Part shown: one piece after another, positions 1 through 10,384 of the stretch
How positions within the stretch are numbered: position 1 is the stretch's first letter
How the letters are laid out: each line of letters starts with the position of its first letter
Assembly (NCBI RefSeq): GCF_021246445.1
Contig: NZ_JAJQXW010000004.1
Coordinates: 186,001 to 250,000, forward strand
Source: Rhabdothermincola salaria
GTDB taxonomy: Bacteria; Actinomycetota; Acidimicrobiia; Acidimicrobiales; Acidimicrobilacustridaceae
Reading direction: 5' to 3'
Length of the DNA: 64,000 nucleotides
Made by a program: the position numbers and the translations under genes
The notes under the pieces: model-generated
Told to the model about the DNA's origin: nothing
The model's input: the letters and a program-made list of their open reading frames with translations, nothing else
The model's database searches: none

Positions 1-2
1 AC

Positions 3-1178
3 GAGGCGAGCGAGCGCCTCGAGCACTATGCGAGCCGTGGCCGACGGGTCCTCCTCCTCACCCAGGCACCGGGAGGGCTCACGGGGGAGCAGCTGCCGGC
101 GGTGCTCGAACCCACCGCGCTCGTCGTCCTCGACGAGCAGCTCCGCGAGTCCGCTCCCGCCACCATCGCCTACTTCGGCGAGCAGGGCGTGGCCGTCAAG
201 GTGATCTCCGGCGACAGCCCGATCACGGTGGGCGCAGTGGCCGAGCGGGTGGGCGTGCCCGGGGCCCACGAGCCCGTCGACGCCCGCGACCTACCCGACG
301 ACGACCAGGAAGCGCTGGCCGAGATCCTCGAGTCCCACTCGGTGTTCGGGCGGGTCACCCCTCAGCAGAAGCGAGCGATGGTGCACGCCCTGCAGAGCAG
401 GGGCCACACCGTGGCCATGACCGGCGACGGGGTGAACGACACCCTCGCCCTCAAGGACGCGGACATCGGCGTGGCCATGGGCTCGGGTTCCGCGGCCGCT
501 CGGGCCGTGGCCCGCTTCGTCCTGTTGGCCAACGACTTCTCCGTCTTCCCGTCGGTCGTGGCCGAGGGTCGACGCGTCATCGCCAACGTCGAGCGGGTGG
601 CCAACCTCTTCCTCACCAAGAGCTTCTACGCCATGAGCCTGGCTCTGGCCACCGGCGTGGGGCAGCTCCCCTTCCCGTTCCTCCCACGCCACTTCACCAT
701 CATCTCGACGCTCACGATCGGGATCCCCGGCTTCTTCCTCGCGCTGGCGCCGAACAGCCGGCTGGCCCGACCGGGGTTCCTGGGCCGGGTGCTGCGCTTC
801 GCCATCCCCGCCGGCGTGGTCGCCGCCATCGCCACCTTCGCCGCCTACCTCGTGGCGCGAGACGGCTCCGACGACGACCTGGCCGAGGCCCGCACGGTGG
901 CCGTGATCGTGCTGTTCGTCGTCGCCCTCTGGGTGCTGGGGTTCCTCAGCCGCCCCCTCACCAGTTGGCGCGGAGGGCTGGTGGTCGCCATGGGGCTGCT
1001 CTTCGTCGTCGCGCTCGCGGTGCCGTTCTCGCAGGACTTCTTCGCCCTCGTCCTCCCGGATGCCATGACCATCGCCGCCGCGGTGGGGATCGGCGCCATC
1101 GCCGGGGGGCTCCTCCAAATCGGCTGGCACCTGAGCGGCTGGGCTCCGCCACCGGCCAACGCCCCCCACGACGTCTGA
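3..1178 (+). CDS. P-type cation-transporting ATPase (CtpE-like), 5'-truncated by the window edge
   Basis: GRRVL, KVISGD, FGRVTPQQK, MTGDGVND and ADIGVAMG motifs; C-terminal TM helices; frame is open to the window start. Confidence 0.92.
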   Translation, partial: EASERLEHYASRGRRVLLLTQAPGGLTGEQLPAVLEPTALVVLDEQLRESAPATIAYFGEQGVAVKVISGDSPITVGAVAERVGVPGAHEPVDARDLPDDDQEALAEILESHSVFGRVTPQQKRAMVHALQSRGHTVAMTGDGVNDTLALKDADIGVAMGSGSAAARAVARFVLLANDFSVFPSVVAEGRRVIANVERVANLFLTKSFYAMSLALATGVGQLPFPFLPRHFTIISTLTIGIPGFFLALAPNSRLARPGFLGRVLRFAIPAGVVAAIATFAAYLVARDGSDDDLAEARTVAVIVLFVVALWVLGFLSRPLTSWRGGLVVAMGLLFVVALAVPFSQDFFALVLPDAMTIAAAVGIGAIAGGLLQIGWHLSGWAPPPANAPHDV

Positions 1179-1195
1179 CCCTGCACCGAGCGCGC

Positions 1196-1849
1196 CTACT
1201 CGACGCTGCGCCGATGCCGTTCGTTGAGCCGTGCCGCGTAGACGGCCGCCTCCGTGCGACGCTGCATGCCCATCTTGGCCAGGAGGTTCGACACGTAGTT
1301 CTTCACCGTCTTCTCGGCGAGGAACATGCGGTCGGCGATCTCGCGGTTGGTGAGGCCCTCGGCCAACAGATCCAGGATGCGTCGTTCCTGGTCGGTGAGG
1401 TGCTCGAGCTTCTCGTCCTCGCCGGACCCGGTGCGCAGGCGCTCGAGCACCTTGGCGGTGACCCCGGGGTCGAGCAACGACTGCCCTGCCGCCACCTTGC
1501 GGATGGCCTCCACCAGCTCCGTGCCCCGGATCTGCTTGAGGAGGTAGCCGGCGGCCCCGGCCATGATGGCGTCGAACAGGGCCTCGTCGTCGGCGTAGGA
1601 GGTCAGCATCAGGCACTGCACCTCCGGCATCTTGGAGCGGATGTCGCGGCAGACCTGCACACCGTCGCCGTCGGGGAGCCGCACGTCGAGCACGGCCACC
1701 TCGGGCGCCGCGGCCGGCACCCGGCGCAGCGCTTCCTCGGCCGTGCCGGCCTCGCCCACGACCTCGATGTCGCCCGCAGCTTCGAGCAGCTCGCGCAGCC
1801 CACGGCGGACGATCTCGTGGTCGTCGAGGAGGAACACCTTGATGGTCAC
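1196..1849 (-). CDS. NarL/LuxR-family response regulator, DosR/DevR-like
   Basis: [18 protein letters not shown] receiver, [10 protein letters not shown] phosphoacceptor, [28 protein letters not shown] start at 1849 inside the long track ORF. Confidence 0.92.
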   Translation of the reverse strand: MTIKVFLLDDHEIVRRGLRELLEAAGDIEVVGEAGTAEEALRRVPAAAPEVAVLDVRLPDGDGVQVCRDIRSKMPEVQCLMLTSYADDEALFDAIMAGAAGYLLKQIRGTELVEAIRKVAAGQSLLDPGVTAKVLERLRTGSGEDEKLEHLTDQERRILDLLAEGLTNREIADRMFLAEKTVKNYVSNLLAKMGMQRRTEAAVYAARLNERHRRSVE

Positions 1850-1945
1850 GAGGCCATTCTGCCTGCTGGCGGGCCGCCGACCGGCATGCGGTGCCGACCG
1901 GGAGCGGCCTGGGAGCGTCCGGTGACCCACCGGTAGCATCCCCGC

Positions 1946-3079
1946 ATGCCCACGCCGAGCGTCGACCACAAGGAGCTGCAGCACCTCCTCGACGCCATCA
2001 ACAGCGTCGGCTCCGAGCTCAGCCTCCCGGTCGTGCTGCGGCGCATCGTCGACGCCGCCACCGTGCTGGTGGGGGCCCGGTACGGCGCCCTGGGAGTCCT
2101 CGACGAGACCGGCACGGGCCTCTCGGAGTTCCTCACCACCGGTCTCGACGAGGAGGCCGAGGCCGCCATCGGGCCCCTCCCCCAGGGCCACGGGATCCTC
2201 GGGCTGTTGATCGTCGACCCCCGCCCCATCCGGCTCCCCGACCTCACCGCCCACCCCGACAGCTACGGCTTCCCGCCCAACCACCCGCCGATGACGACGT
2301 TCCTCGGCGTCCCCATCCGCGTGCGCGGCGCGGTGTTCGGAAACCTGTACCTCACCGAGAAGGCCGACGGCGCCGCGTTCACCGACGTCGACGAGGAGCT
2401 GGCCGTCGGCCTGGCGGCCGCGGCCGGGGTCGCGGTCGAGACCGCCCGGCTCCACGACCAGGTGGGGCGGCTGCGGGTGGTCGAGGATCGCGAGCGCATC
2501 GCCCGCGAGCTCCACGACACCGTCATCCAACGGCTCTTCGCCACCGGCCTGGCGCTGCAGAGCGCCGCGGCCCGCACCTCCGACTCCGCCATGGCCGAAC
2601 GGCTGGCCCATGCCGTCGACGACCTCGACGACACGGTGCGCCACATCCGCACCACCATCTTCGAGCTGCAGCGCGACCGCATCCCCGGACGCAGCATCCG
2701 CCGAGAGGTCCTCGACCTGGTCACCGAGACCACCGAGTCCACGTCCCTCGAAGCCGTGGTGCGCTTCGAGGGACCGGTCGACCTCACCGTGCCCGAAGGA
2801 GTGGCCGACCAGCTCGTGGCCGTGGTCCGCGAAGCCGCGACCAACGTCGTGAAGCACGCCGAGGCCTCGGCGGTCGACATCCGGGTGCGCGTCGGCGACG
2901 ACACCCTCACCCTCACCGTGATCGACGACGGGGTCGGCGTGCCCCTCGAGCGCCGAGCCGACGGCAACGGGCTGGGCAACCTCCGCCACCGGGCCGAGCG
3001 CCTCGGCGGCTCCATGGCCGTCGACCACGGAGTCGACGGTGGCACCACCCTCGAGTGGCGCGTCCCGCTCAGCCCCTGA
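1946..3079 (+). CDS. GAF-domain sensor histidine kinase, DosS/DosT-like (single GAF)
   Basis: [17 protein letters not shown] matches the DosS haem-GAF His motif; [10 protein letters not shown]-box; NVVKHA, DDGVG and GLGNL ATPase boxes. Confidence 0.92.
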   Translation: MPTPSVDHKELQHLLDAINSVGSELSLPVVLRRIVDAATVLVGARYGALGVLDETGTGLSEFLTTGLDEEAEAAIGPLPQGHGILGLLIVDPRPIRLPDLTAHPDSYGFPPNHPPMTTFLGVPIRVRGAVFGNLYLTEKADGAAFTDVDEELAVGLAAAAGVAVETARLHDQVGRLRVVEDRERIARELHDTVIQRLFATGLALQSAAARTSDSAMAERLAHAVDDLDDTVRHIRTTIFELQRDRIPGRSIRREVLDLVTETTESTSLEAVVRFEGPVDLTVPEGVADQLVAVVREAATNVVKHAEASAVDIRVRVGDDTLTLTVIDDGVGVPLERRADGNGLGNLRHRAERLGGSMAVDHGVDGGTTLEWRVPLSP

Positions 3080-4607
3080 GTTCCGGGCTCCCCCCGACCT
3101 CGGCGCCCCGCTGCACCAGGGTCACCGCCCGGGCCACGACATGGTCGATCGGCGCATCGGTGTCGAGCACCAGGGCCTCGGGCCAGTCGTCGGTGTCGGC
3201 CGCCATGGCAGAGGCCACCGCCTCGTCGGCGTCGGACGCCCCGCCGCCCGCGGCCCGGCGGGACCGGATGCGCGTGGCCGCCACCTCCGCCGGGCAGACG
3301 CAGCGCACCTCGACCAGGTCGACCTCGGCCTCCGCGGCGAGACGACGAGCGGCCCGGCGGTGGGCCTCGTCGCTCCAGGATGCGTCGAGGACGACCGTGG
3401 TGCCCCGTCCGAGAGCCACCCGAGCGCGGTCGAGCATGGCGTCGTAGGTCGCCGAGGTGGTGGCGGGGTCGTAGAGGCCCTCTCGGTACCCGGCCGGGGC
3501 CGGCCGGTCCCCGGGGATCCCGGCGCGTTCCTTGCGGGTGAGATCGGAACCCAACACGATCGCGTCGGTCTCGGTGCTGAGGACCTCGGCCACGGTCGAC
3601 TTGCCGGTGCCGGGCAGACCCCCCACCAGCACCAGGCGCACCTCGGCGGCGGCCAGGTCCCGGCGGGCCAGGTCGACCAGGGCGCGGGCCTGCTCGGTGG
3701 CCGCCGCCTGCGCCGTCCCGGCGTCGAGCTGACGGGCGCGCAGAGCCAGCACCTTGGCGCGGATCAGCGCCCGCCGGGCGGCGAAGAACGCCACCAGCGA
3801 GGCCGGGGCCCGGTCGCCGGAGTAGCGGCGGTAGGCATCAGCGAAGGCCTCGCCGAGGTCGGCTCGACCCAGCCGCTGCAGGTCCATCACCAGGAAGGCC
3901 ACGTCGTCCCAGACGTCGACGTGGCGGAGGCGATCGGAGAACTCGATGCTGTCGAGCACCCGGGGGCCGTCGTCGAGGCAGAAGACGTCCTCGGCCTGGA
4001 GGTCACCGTGACCGTCCACGACGTGCCCCCCGGAGGCCCTCTCGGCGAACAGCGGGGCCCGGCCCGCCAACCAGCGCCGAGCCGCCCCGGCCACCTCGGC
4101 CAGCACCGCCGGGTCGAGGACGGGCGCGTCGCCCTCGGCCCCGGCCCGCAGCTCTTCCAGCTCGCGCTCGAGGGCGGTGGTGGCCGCCGCGTGGCCGGCG
4201 TCGACCTGGAGGGTCGGACCCCGGCGGGCGTCGGCATGGAAGTCGGCGATCGTGCGTGCCAGCGCGTCGAGCCCCTCGGCCAGGCCCGGGTCGTCGTCGG
4301 TCACCAGCGTGGCGAGGCGGCGATCGGGAGGCAGGCGGACCATCTCGACGAGGTGGTCGCGTAGGCGGCCCTCGGCGTCGACCACGTCGAGGACCCCCAG
4401 GTACACGTCGGGGCTCAGACGGCGGTTGACCTGGACCTCCCGGTGGCACGCCTCACGGCGCTGCTCGCGACGGCGGAAGTCCAAGAAGTCGAAGTGGACC
4501 GGCTTCTTGAGCTTGTAGACGCGATCACCGACGAACGTGAGCACGGAGATGTGGGTCTCGACCACGGCCGCCGGGCCCACCCAGCCGGCCGCCGGACGCG
4601 GGGCCAC
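3069..4607 (-). CDS. Bifunctional aminoglycoside-phosphotransferase-like / P-loop (AAA_33) protein, Rv2004c-like
   Basis: [16 protein letters not shown] and DSIEF kinase-like motifs, followed by a GLPGTGKST Walker A. Confidence 0.88.
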   Translation of the reverse strand: MAPRPAAGWVGPAAVVETHISVLTFVGDRVYKLKKPVHFDFLDFRRREQRREACHREVQVNRRLSPDVYLGVLDVVDAEGRLRDHLVEMVRLPPDRRLATLVTDDDPGLAEGLDALARTIADFHADARRGPTLQVDAGHAAATTALERELEELRAGAEGDAPVLDPAVLAEVAGAARRWLAGRAPLFAERASGGHVVDGHGDLQAEDVFCLDDGPRVLDSIEFSDRLRHVDVWDDVAFLVMDLQRLGRADLGEAFADAYRRYSGDRAPASLVAFFAARRALIRAKVLALRARQLDAGTAQAAATEQARALVDLARRDLAAAEVRLVLVGGLPGTGKSTVAEVLSTETDAIVLGSDLTRKERAGIPGDRPAPAGYREGLYDPATTSATYDAMLDRARVALGRGTTVVLDASWSDEAHRRAARRLAAEAEVDLVEVRCVCPAEVAATRIRSRRAAGGGASDADEAVASAMAADTDDWPEALVLDTDAPIDHVVARAVTLVQRGAEVGGSPELRG

Positions 4608-4616
4608 CGCGGCGGC

Positions 4617-5090
4617 TCAGGTCGGGCCGGTCGCGGTGACGGCCGGCATGCTCTGGTGGGCGCCGCGACCGTCGCCGTGACCGGGCTGACGCCAGAAGCG
4701 CCGGCCGCTCACCAGCTCGGTGCTGATGGTCACCCACTGGTCGGCGGTGTCGCCGACCCAGAGGGCTCGGTCCCCCACCGGTGGCGGCTGCTCGGGCGGT
4801 TCGCCCAACACGGCCGTCGAACCCCGTACCAGCACGCTCCAGGCATCGCCGGTGCGGGCGTCGTAGTCGTCGGCCTCGAACGCCACCACGGCCCCGGCCA
4901 ACGCGGCGTCCAGCTTGGTGCCTCGCGCCGTGCGCACGACCAGACGCTCCCGGTCGACGACGAAGCTCACCGGCAACACGACGGGCAGGGCATTCATCGA
5001 CAGGCCGAGGCGCCCCACCGGGACGGTGCGCAGCAGGGCGAGGCAGTCCTCTCGTCCCAGCACCTCGAGGCCGTTGCGGTCCAGCTCCAT
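4617..5090 (-). CDS. Pyridoxamine 5'-phosphate oxidase-like FMN-binding protein
   Basis: LEVLGREDCLALL...VGRLG...PVVLPVSF...RTARGTKL...VAFEAD...WSVLVRG; ATG at 5090. Confidence 0.85.
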   Translation of the reverse strand: MELDRNGLEVLGREDCLALLRTVPVGRLGLSMNALPVVLPVSFVVDRERLVVRTARGTKLDAALAGAVVAFEADDYDARTGDAWSVLVRGSTAVLGEPPEQPPPVGDRALWVGDTADQWVTISTELVSGRRFWRQPGHGDGRGAHQSMPAVTATGPT

Positions 5091-5126
5091 GGGGTCAATG
5101 CTGGCGGCGTCCCCACGAAGCCCACT

Positions 5127-5142
5127 AGGGCCGAACGACCCC
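5127..5142. promoter_or_regulatory. Putative DosR/OsdR-type operator AGGGCCGAACGACCCC
   Basis: Imperfect palindrome, 13/16 match to AGGGCCGATCGGCCCT, in the 67-bp divergent gap at the edge of the DosR-like locus. Confidence 0.6.
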
Positions 5143-5157
5143 GGTACTGTCATCGCC

Positions 5158-6171
5158 ATGCCCGCTCCGGTGGTGCCGATGAAAGCGGTCGCCACCGACC
5201 AACTGCCCCCCGACGACGACCGCTGGGCGTTCGAGGTCAAGTGGGACGGCATGCGCGTCGTCGCCGAGGTCCGAGCGGCCACGCCCGGTGGCGACGAAGG
5301 GGCGCTGCGGCTGTGGTCGGCCAGCGGGTCCGACGCGACCGACCGCTTCCCGGAGCTGGCCGGCCTCCCCGGCGCGGTGCACGAGGCCGGGTCCGTCGTG
5401 CTCGACGGCGAGGTGGTGGCCCTCGATCCCACCTCTGGCCGGCCCGAGTTCGGCCTGCTCCAGCCCCGCATCCAGGCCACCACCCCCGGTGCGGTCCAGC
5501 GGGCGGCGGCGCGCCAGAGCGTGCAGTACATCGTCTTCGACGTGGTGTCGGTGGACGATCAGCCCCTCCTCGACCACCCCTACCGAGACCGCCGGAGCCG
5601 GCTCGAGGAGCTCCTCGAGGCCGGCCCCAACTGGCGGGTCGGCCCCAGCCAGCGCGGCGACGGCGAGCTCCTCCTCGACGCGGTGCGCCGCCAGGGCCTC
5701 GAGGGCGTGGTGGCCAAGCGGATCGACAGCCCCTACGTGGCCGGCAGCCGTTCGTCGGCCTGGCGCAAGATCAAGGTGCGCCTCCACCAGGAGCTGGTGG
5801 TCGGGGGTTGGCTCCCCGGCGAAGGAGGTCGGGTCTCGACCTTCGGCGCCGTGCTGGTCGGCTACCGGGATCCACCGGCGCACGGTGCAGAGCCGGCCGG
5901 TCCCCTGCGCTACGCCGGACGGGTGGGCACAGGCTTTCGCCAGCGCGACCTGATCACCACCCTGACCGAGCTCGAGCGCCGGCAGCGACCCAACTGCCCC
6001 TTCGATCCGCCTCCCCCCGCTCCGGTGGCCCGCCTCGCCCGCTGGGTGGATCCGACGCTCGTGGCCGAGGTGGCCCATGCCGAATGGACCCGCGACGGAG
6101 TCCTGCGCCACCCCTCGTTCCTCGGCTGGCGCACCGACAAGGACCCCTCCACGATCGGACGTACCCCGTGA
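5158..6171 (+). CDS. ligD: ATP-dependent DNA ligase, stand-alone LigD ligase domain
   Basis: EVKWDGMR adenylation motif, LDGEVV, FDVV, EGVVAKR, WRKIK, GRVGTGF, LRHPSFLG; no polymerase or phosphoesterase domain. Confidence 0.88.
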   Translation: MPAPVVPMKAVATDQLPPDDDRWAFEVKWDGMRVVAEVRAATPGGDEGALRLWSASGSDATDRFPELAGLPGAVHEAGSVVLDGEVVALDPTSGRPEFGLLQPRIQATTPGAVQRAAARQSVQYIVFDVVSVDDQPLLDHPYRDRRSRLEELLEAGPNWRVGPSQRGDGELLLDAVRRQGLEGVVAKRIDSPYVAGSRSSAWRKIKVRLHQELVVGGWLPGEGGRVSTFGAVLVGYRDPPAHGAEPAGPLRYAGRVGTGFRQRDLITTLTELERRQRPNCPFDPPPPAPVARLARWVDPTLVAEVAHAEWTRDGVLRHPSFLGWRTDKDPSTIGRTP

Positions 6172-7448
6172 GCACCGACCGCCACCACACCGCCGGGCCA
6201 GGAGGCGACGAGGCGGCCGAGTCCGATCCCGGCTCCTCCGCCCTCACCGACGGCGCGCCGACCGCACCGACCGACCCCGCCGTGCGGCGGGCCCGATCCA
6301 CCTCCCTGCCCCTGCTGTTCCTCGTCACCGGCGCCATGTCGCTCGGCTACGGCAGCATCCTCACGCTGCTCGCCGACATCCGCGACCAGTTCGGGTTCGA
6401 CGACGCCGCCGTCGGGCTCATCGCCTTCGCCGGCTTCCTCACCGGCTTCGCCAGCCAGGTGGGGCTCTCCCGCTTCGCCGACCGCGGCCACACCGCCACC
6501 ATGGTGCGCACCGGCATCACCATCGCTGCGCTGGCCTCGGGGTGGATGCTGGTCGCCGACCAGCTCTGGCAGTGGGTCGGCGCCCGTCTCCTGCTCGGGC
6601 TCGGGGCGGGCATGGTCGGTCCGGCCGTCCGCCGCCTGGTGATCACCCGGGATCCGGCCAACGTCGGCGCCAACCTCGGGCGCCAGGCCGCCTTCGACGT
6701 CGGCGGCTTCGTGGTCGGGCCCCTCCTGGCCGCCGCGGCCGCCGAGCTGCTGGGGCTACGAGCGCCCTTCGGTGTCCTCATCGTGCTGTACGGGGCCGTG
6801 CTGGTGCTCCTCGCCCGCATCGACCTGACCTCCGCCGAGACAGAACGCTCGCACCGGGCCATGCGCAGCCTCCTGGCCCGACCCGCCGTCCAGGCCGCCC
6901 TGGCCGGCGCCATCGCGTTCTACCTCACCATCGGGATGTTCGAGGCCCTCTGGTCGTTGCTGCTACGCGACCTCGGTGCCGCCACCTGGCTCATCGGGGC
7001 GACCCTCAGCTTGTTCACCATCCCGATGGTGCTCTTCGCCCCCCGAGGAGGTCGCGCCGCCCAGGAACGAGGACCCATCACGGTGCTCTCGGTCTCCATC
7101 ACGGTGGCAGCCGCCTGCACCCTCGTCTACGGCTTCGGACCGTTGTGGTTGCTCATCGTCATCTCGGGGGTCCACGCCCTCGCCGACGCCTACACCCTTC
7201 CGTCGAACCAGGTCGGCGTGGCCCTCGCCAGCCCGCCCGACCAGCTGGCCAGCGGCCAGGGGCTGCTCGGCGCCACCGGCCTGGCGGTGGCCGGGCTGGC
7301 GGCCCTCGGGGGGGCGGCGGTGTACGAGGCGTTCGGGCGGGCGACCGTGTTCAGCGGCACCGCGGCGCTGATGATGGTGTTCCTGCTCCTCGCCCGCTGG
7401 CGCTTCGCCGTCCACGTCCGCGACCAGGCCGTCGCCGACCCGGCCTGA
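6168..7448 (+). CDS. MFS transporter
   Basis: About 12 hydrophobic segments, SRFADRG motif A-like loop; GTGA overlap with the ligase stop. Confidence 0.85.
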   Translation: MSTDRHHTAGPGGDEAAESDPGSSALTDGAPTAPTDPAVRRARSTSLPLLFLVTGAMSLGYGSILTLLADIRDQFGFDDAAVGLIAFAGFLTGFASQVGLSRFADRGHTATMVRTGITIAALASGWMLVADQLWQWVGARLLLGLGAGMVGPAVRRLVITRDPANVGANLGRQAAFDVGGFVVGPLLAAAAAELLGLRAPFGVLIVLYGAVLVLLARIDLTSAETERSHRAMRSLLARPAVQAALAGAIAFYLTIGMFEALWSLLLRDLGAATWLIGATLSLFTIPMVLFAPRGGRAAQERGPITVLSVSITVAAACTLVYGFGPLWLLIVISGVHALADAYTLPSNQVGVALASPPDQLASGQGLLGATGLAVAGLAALGGAAVYEAFGRATVFSGTAALMMVFLLLARWRFAVHVRDQAVADPA

Positions 7449-7501
7449 ACGACGATGCCGATGGCCGGGGCCGACCGTCGACGGCGTGGAAGAGTGGGCC
7501 G

Positions 7502-7963
7502 ATGAGCCTCGGGGACCACGGCCAGCCGGACACCGCGGCGGACCCCCGTGCCCTCGGTGACGACCAGATCCGCCTCGAGATGCCCGCCGACTCCCGCTTC
7601 GCCCGGGTGGCCCGGGTCGCGGTCTCGTCGTTGGCCGTCCGCCTCGGGTTCGACGTGGGCGTGGTCGAGGACCTGCGCATCGCGGTCGACGAGGCCCTCG
7701 TGCTGTTGCTACGCGACCTCCCGGGGCCGGCGACGGCACCGACCGACGGTCCGCCCGTCACGGTGGTCATGACCCTCACCGCACGCGTCCCCGACCTCCA
7801 GGTCGAGCTGCGGCTCGACCCGCCCCCGACGGGCGCACCGAGCAGCGACGACGTCACGGACGACGACGACCCGCTGTCCCGGTTCGCCGAGCTGGTGCCG
7901 CCCCGCGTCACCTCGTCGGTGACCCGCCACGACGGCATCGTGCGCCTGGGCCTCGACGACTGA
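7502..7963 (+). CDS. RsbW-like anti-sigma regulatory factor (degenerate HATPase_c)
   Basis: IRLEMPADSRFARVARVAVSSLA...VEDLRIAVDEA pattern; the N-box Asn is absent. Confidence 0.65.
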   Translation: MSLGDHGQPDTAADPRALGDDQIRLEMPADSRFARVARVAVSSLAVRLGFDVGVVEDLRIAVDEALVLLLRDLPGPATAPTDGPPVTVVMTLTARVPDLQVELRLDPPPTGAPSSDDVTDDDDPLSRFAELVPPRVTSSVTRHDGIVRLGLDD

Positions 7964-7976
7964 GGTCCCCGACCGG

Positions 7977-8423
7977 TCAGCGGCCGGTGTGGCCGAAGCC
8001 GCCCTCGCCCCGAGCCGAGGCTCCGAGCTGGTCGAGGTCGGCCACCTCCACGAGGGCCACGTGCTCCACCCGCTGGACGACCAGTTGGGCGATGCGCTCG
8101 CCCCGCCGGACGGTGAACGCCTCGTCGGGGTCGGTGTTCACCAACAGCACCTTCAGCTCGCCTCGGTAGCCGCTGTCGATCAGGCCCGGGGTGTTGAGGC
8201 AGGTGACGCCGTGGCGCAGCGCCAGGCCGCTGCGGGGCTGCACGAACCCGGCGTGGCCCTCGGGGATGGCCACGCTGACGCCGGTGGGCACGAGGGCCCG
8301 GCCTCCCCCGGCGGCCAGCACGGCGTCGTGGCGAGCGCAGAGGTCGAGGCCGGCGTCGCCGGGCGTGGCGTAGGCCGGCAGCGGCAGGTCCGGGTCGAGG
8401 CGGACGACGGGGAGCTCGAGCAC
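7977..8423 (-). CDS. dut: dUTP diphosphatase
   Basis: [26 protein letters not shown] and [10 protein letters not shown] motifs. Confidence 0.96.
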   Translation of the reverse strand: MLELPVVRLDPDLPLPAYATPGDAGLDLCARHDAVLAAGGGRALVPTGVSVAIPEGHAGFVQPRSGLALRHGVTCLNTPGLIDSGYRGELKVLLVNTDPDEAFTVRRGERIAQLVVQRVEHVALVEVADLDQLGASARGEGGFGHTGR

Positions 8424-8455
8424 GGCGCCGATGCTACGGGCCCGCGTGCCTCGGG

Positions 8456-9001
<546 letters not shown>

Positions 9002-9047
9002 CCGACGAATCTAGTGCCCGGTGCCCGCGGGTACGCCTGCCCCATCC

Positions 9048-9161
9048 CTCGCGACACCAACCGGTCAGGGAAGGGCGCCAACAGGTGACGCCCTTTCCTG
9101 ACCGGTTTTGCGAGAACTCTCCTGACGGGTTCGCGAGAGCGTTCCCGACCGGATTGCGAGA
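9048..9161. repeat. Long palindrome followed by three degenerate 23-24-bp-period direct repeats
   Basis: Arms 9059-9077 and 9089-9107 (19 bp, one G-T pair), extendable by 9048-9054/9108-9114; repeats at 9096, 9120 and 9143. Confidence 0.8.
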
Positions 9162-9196
9162 AGGCGAGCGGAGCAGGGCCGATAGGGTCGATCGGC

Positions 9197-10312
9197 GTGA
9201 CCGATCCGCATGCCCACGATCCCTCGGCCGTCCGAGTTCCCAAGCAGGAGCAGGAAGAGGCCTCCACGGAGATCACCGAGGTCGGGCGGGGCATCCTGCG
9301 CCTGCAGCTGCCCACCAACTTCACCGGTCTCGGTCACGTCAACACCTACGCCATCGAGGACGGCCGCGGGGTGACCCTCGTCGATCCCGGCCTGCCCTCC
9401 GAGGAGTCGTGGGCGGCCCTGCTCGACCGCCTGGCGGCGGCCGGCATCCCCCTCGCCCGCGTCCACACCGTCTACGTGACCCACTCCCACCCCGACCACT
9501 TCGGGGGTGCCCACCGCCTGGTCGAGGAGGCGGGCTCCGATGTGCTCACCTCGACCATGTTCCGGCGCTGGGCCGACCTGCTCGACCTCGACGAGACGCC
9601 GCTCGAACCCCGCGACCCGGCCGACGAGGGCGAGGCGATCACCCTGCTGGCCGCCGAGGAGGACCTCGACGAGGAGGCCCGCCGCGAGCTCGAGGCCTCC
9701 TTCCCCGGCCTGGCCGGCTTCCGCGACCGGGTCCGCACCGCCATCGCCGAGGGTCGACTGGACGAGGTGGCCTGGATGAAGGTCCCCCGTCCCACGATCG
9801 CCGTCGACGACCGAGCGGTCGTGCGCATGGGCGATCGCGACTGGGTGGCGCTCACCACGCCCGGCCACACCCACGACCACCTGTGCATGTGGTCGCCCGA
9901 GGACGGCATCGTGCTGTCCGGCGACCACGTGCTGCCCACCATCACCCCTCACATCGGGGGCCTGTTCGGGGGCGATCCGCTGGCGTCGTACCTCGAGAAC
10001 CTCGACAAGGTCGCCGCCCTCGAGGGCATCACCCAGGTCCTCCCCGCCCACGGGCACCCCTTCTCGGACCTGGCGGGCCGCTGCCAGGCCATCAAGGACC
10101 ACCACGCCCGGCGCCTCGCCCAGCTGGCCGATGCGGCCGACGAGGTCGGGTTCGCCGGTGTCACCCGCTGGTCCGAGGAGCTGTTCTCCCCGCGGAGCCG
10201 GGGCCAGATGGCCGACAGCGAGACCCACGCCCACCTCGAGCACCTCCGCCTGGCCGGCCGCGCCGAGCGTCGCACGGTCGACGACGAGCTGCAGTTCCGC
10301 GTCCTGGCCTGA
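9197..10312 (+). CDS. MBL-fold metallo-hydrolase
   Basis: [21 protein letters not shown] and PAHG metal ligands. Confidence 0.92.
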   Translation: MTDPHAHDPSAVRVPKQEQEEASTEITEVGRGILRLQLPTNFTGLGHVNTYAIEDGRGVTLVDPGLPSEESWAALLDRLAAAGIPLARVHTVYVTHSHPDHFGGAHRLVEEAGSDVLTSTMFRRWADLLDLDETPLEPRDPADEGEAITLLAAEEDLDEEARRELEASFPGLAGFRDRVRTAIAEGRLDEVAWMKVPRPTIAVDDRAVVRMGDRDWVALTTPGHTHDHLCMWSPEDGIVLSGDHVLPTITPHIGGLFGGDPLASYLENLDKVAALEGITQVLPAHGHPFSDLAGRCQAIKDHHARRLAQLADAADEVGFAGVTRWSEELFSPRSRGQMADSETHAHLEHLRLAGRAERRTVDDELQFRVLA

Positions 10313-10384
10313 GCCTCGCGGTGCCGAGCACCACCCCGACACCCCAGCGACGATCGACCGGCGTGCGGCCGTCGGCCTGCTGAC

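Noticed and set aside
1876..1917. Short direct repeats (gccgaccgg x2, gggagcg x2) between the DosR-like and DosS-like genes
   Set aside because: Too short and GC-rich to distinguish from background
4443..7448. 1001-aa ORF implying a long N-terminal extension on the MFS transporter
   Set aside because: The upstream part overlaps PNPOx and ligD in other frames; the GTGA-coupled start at 6168 explains it
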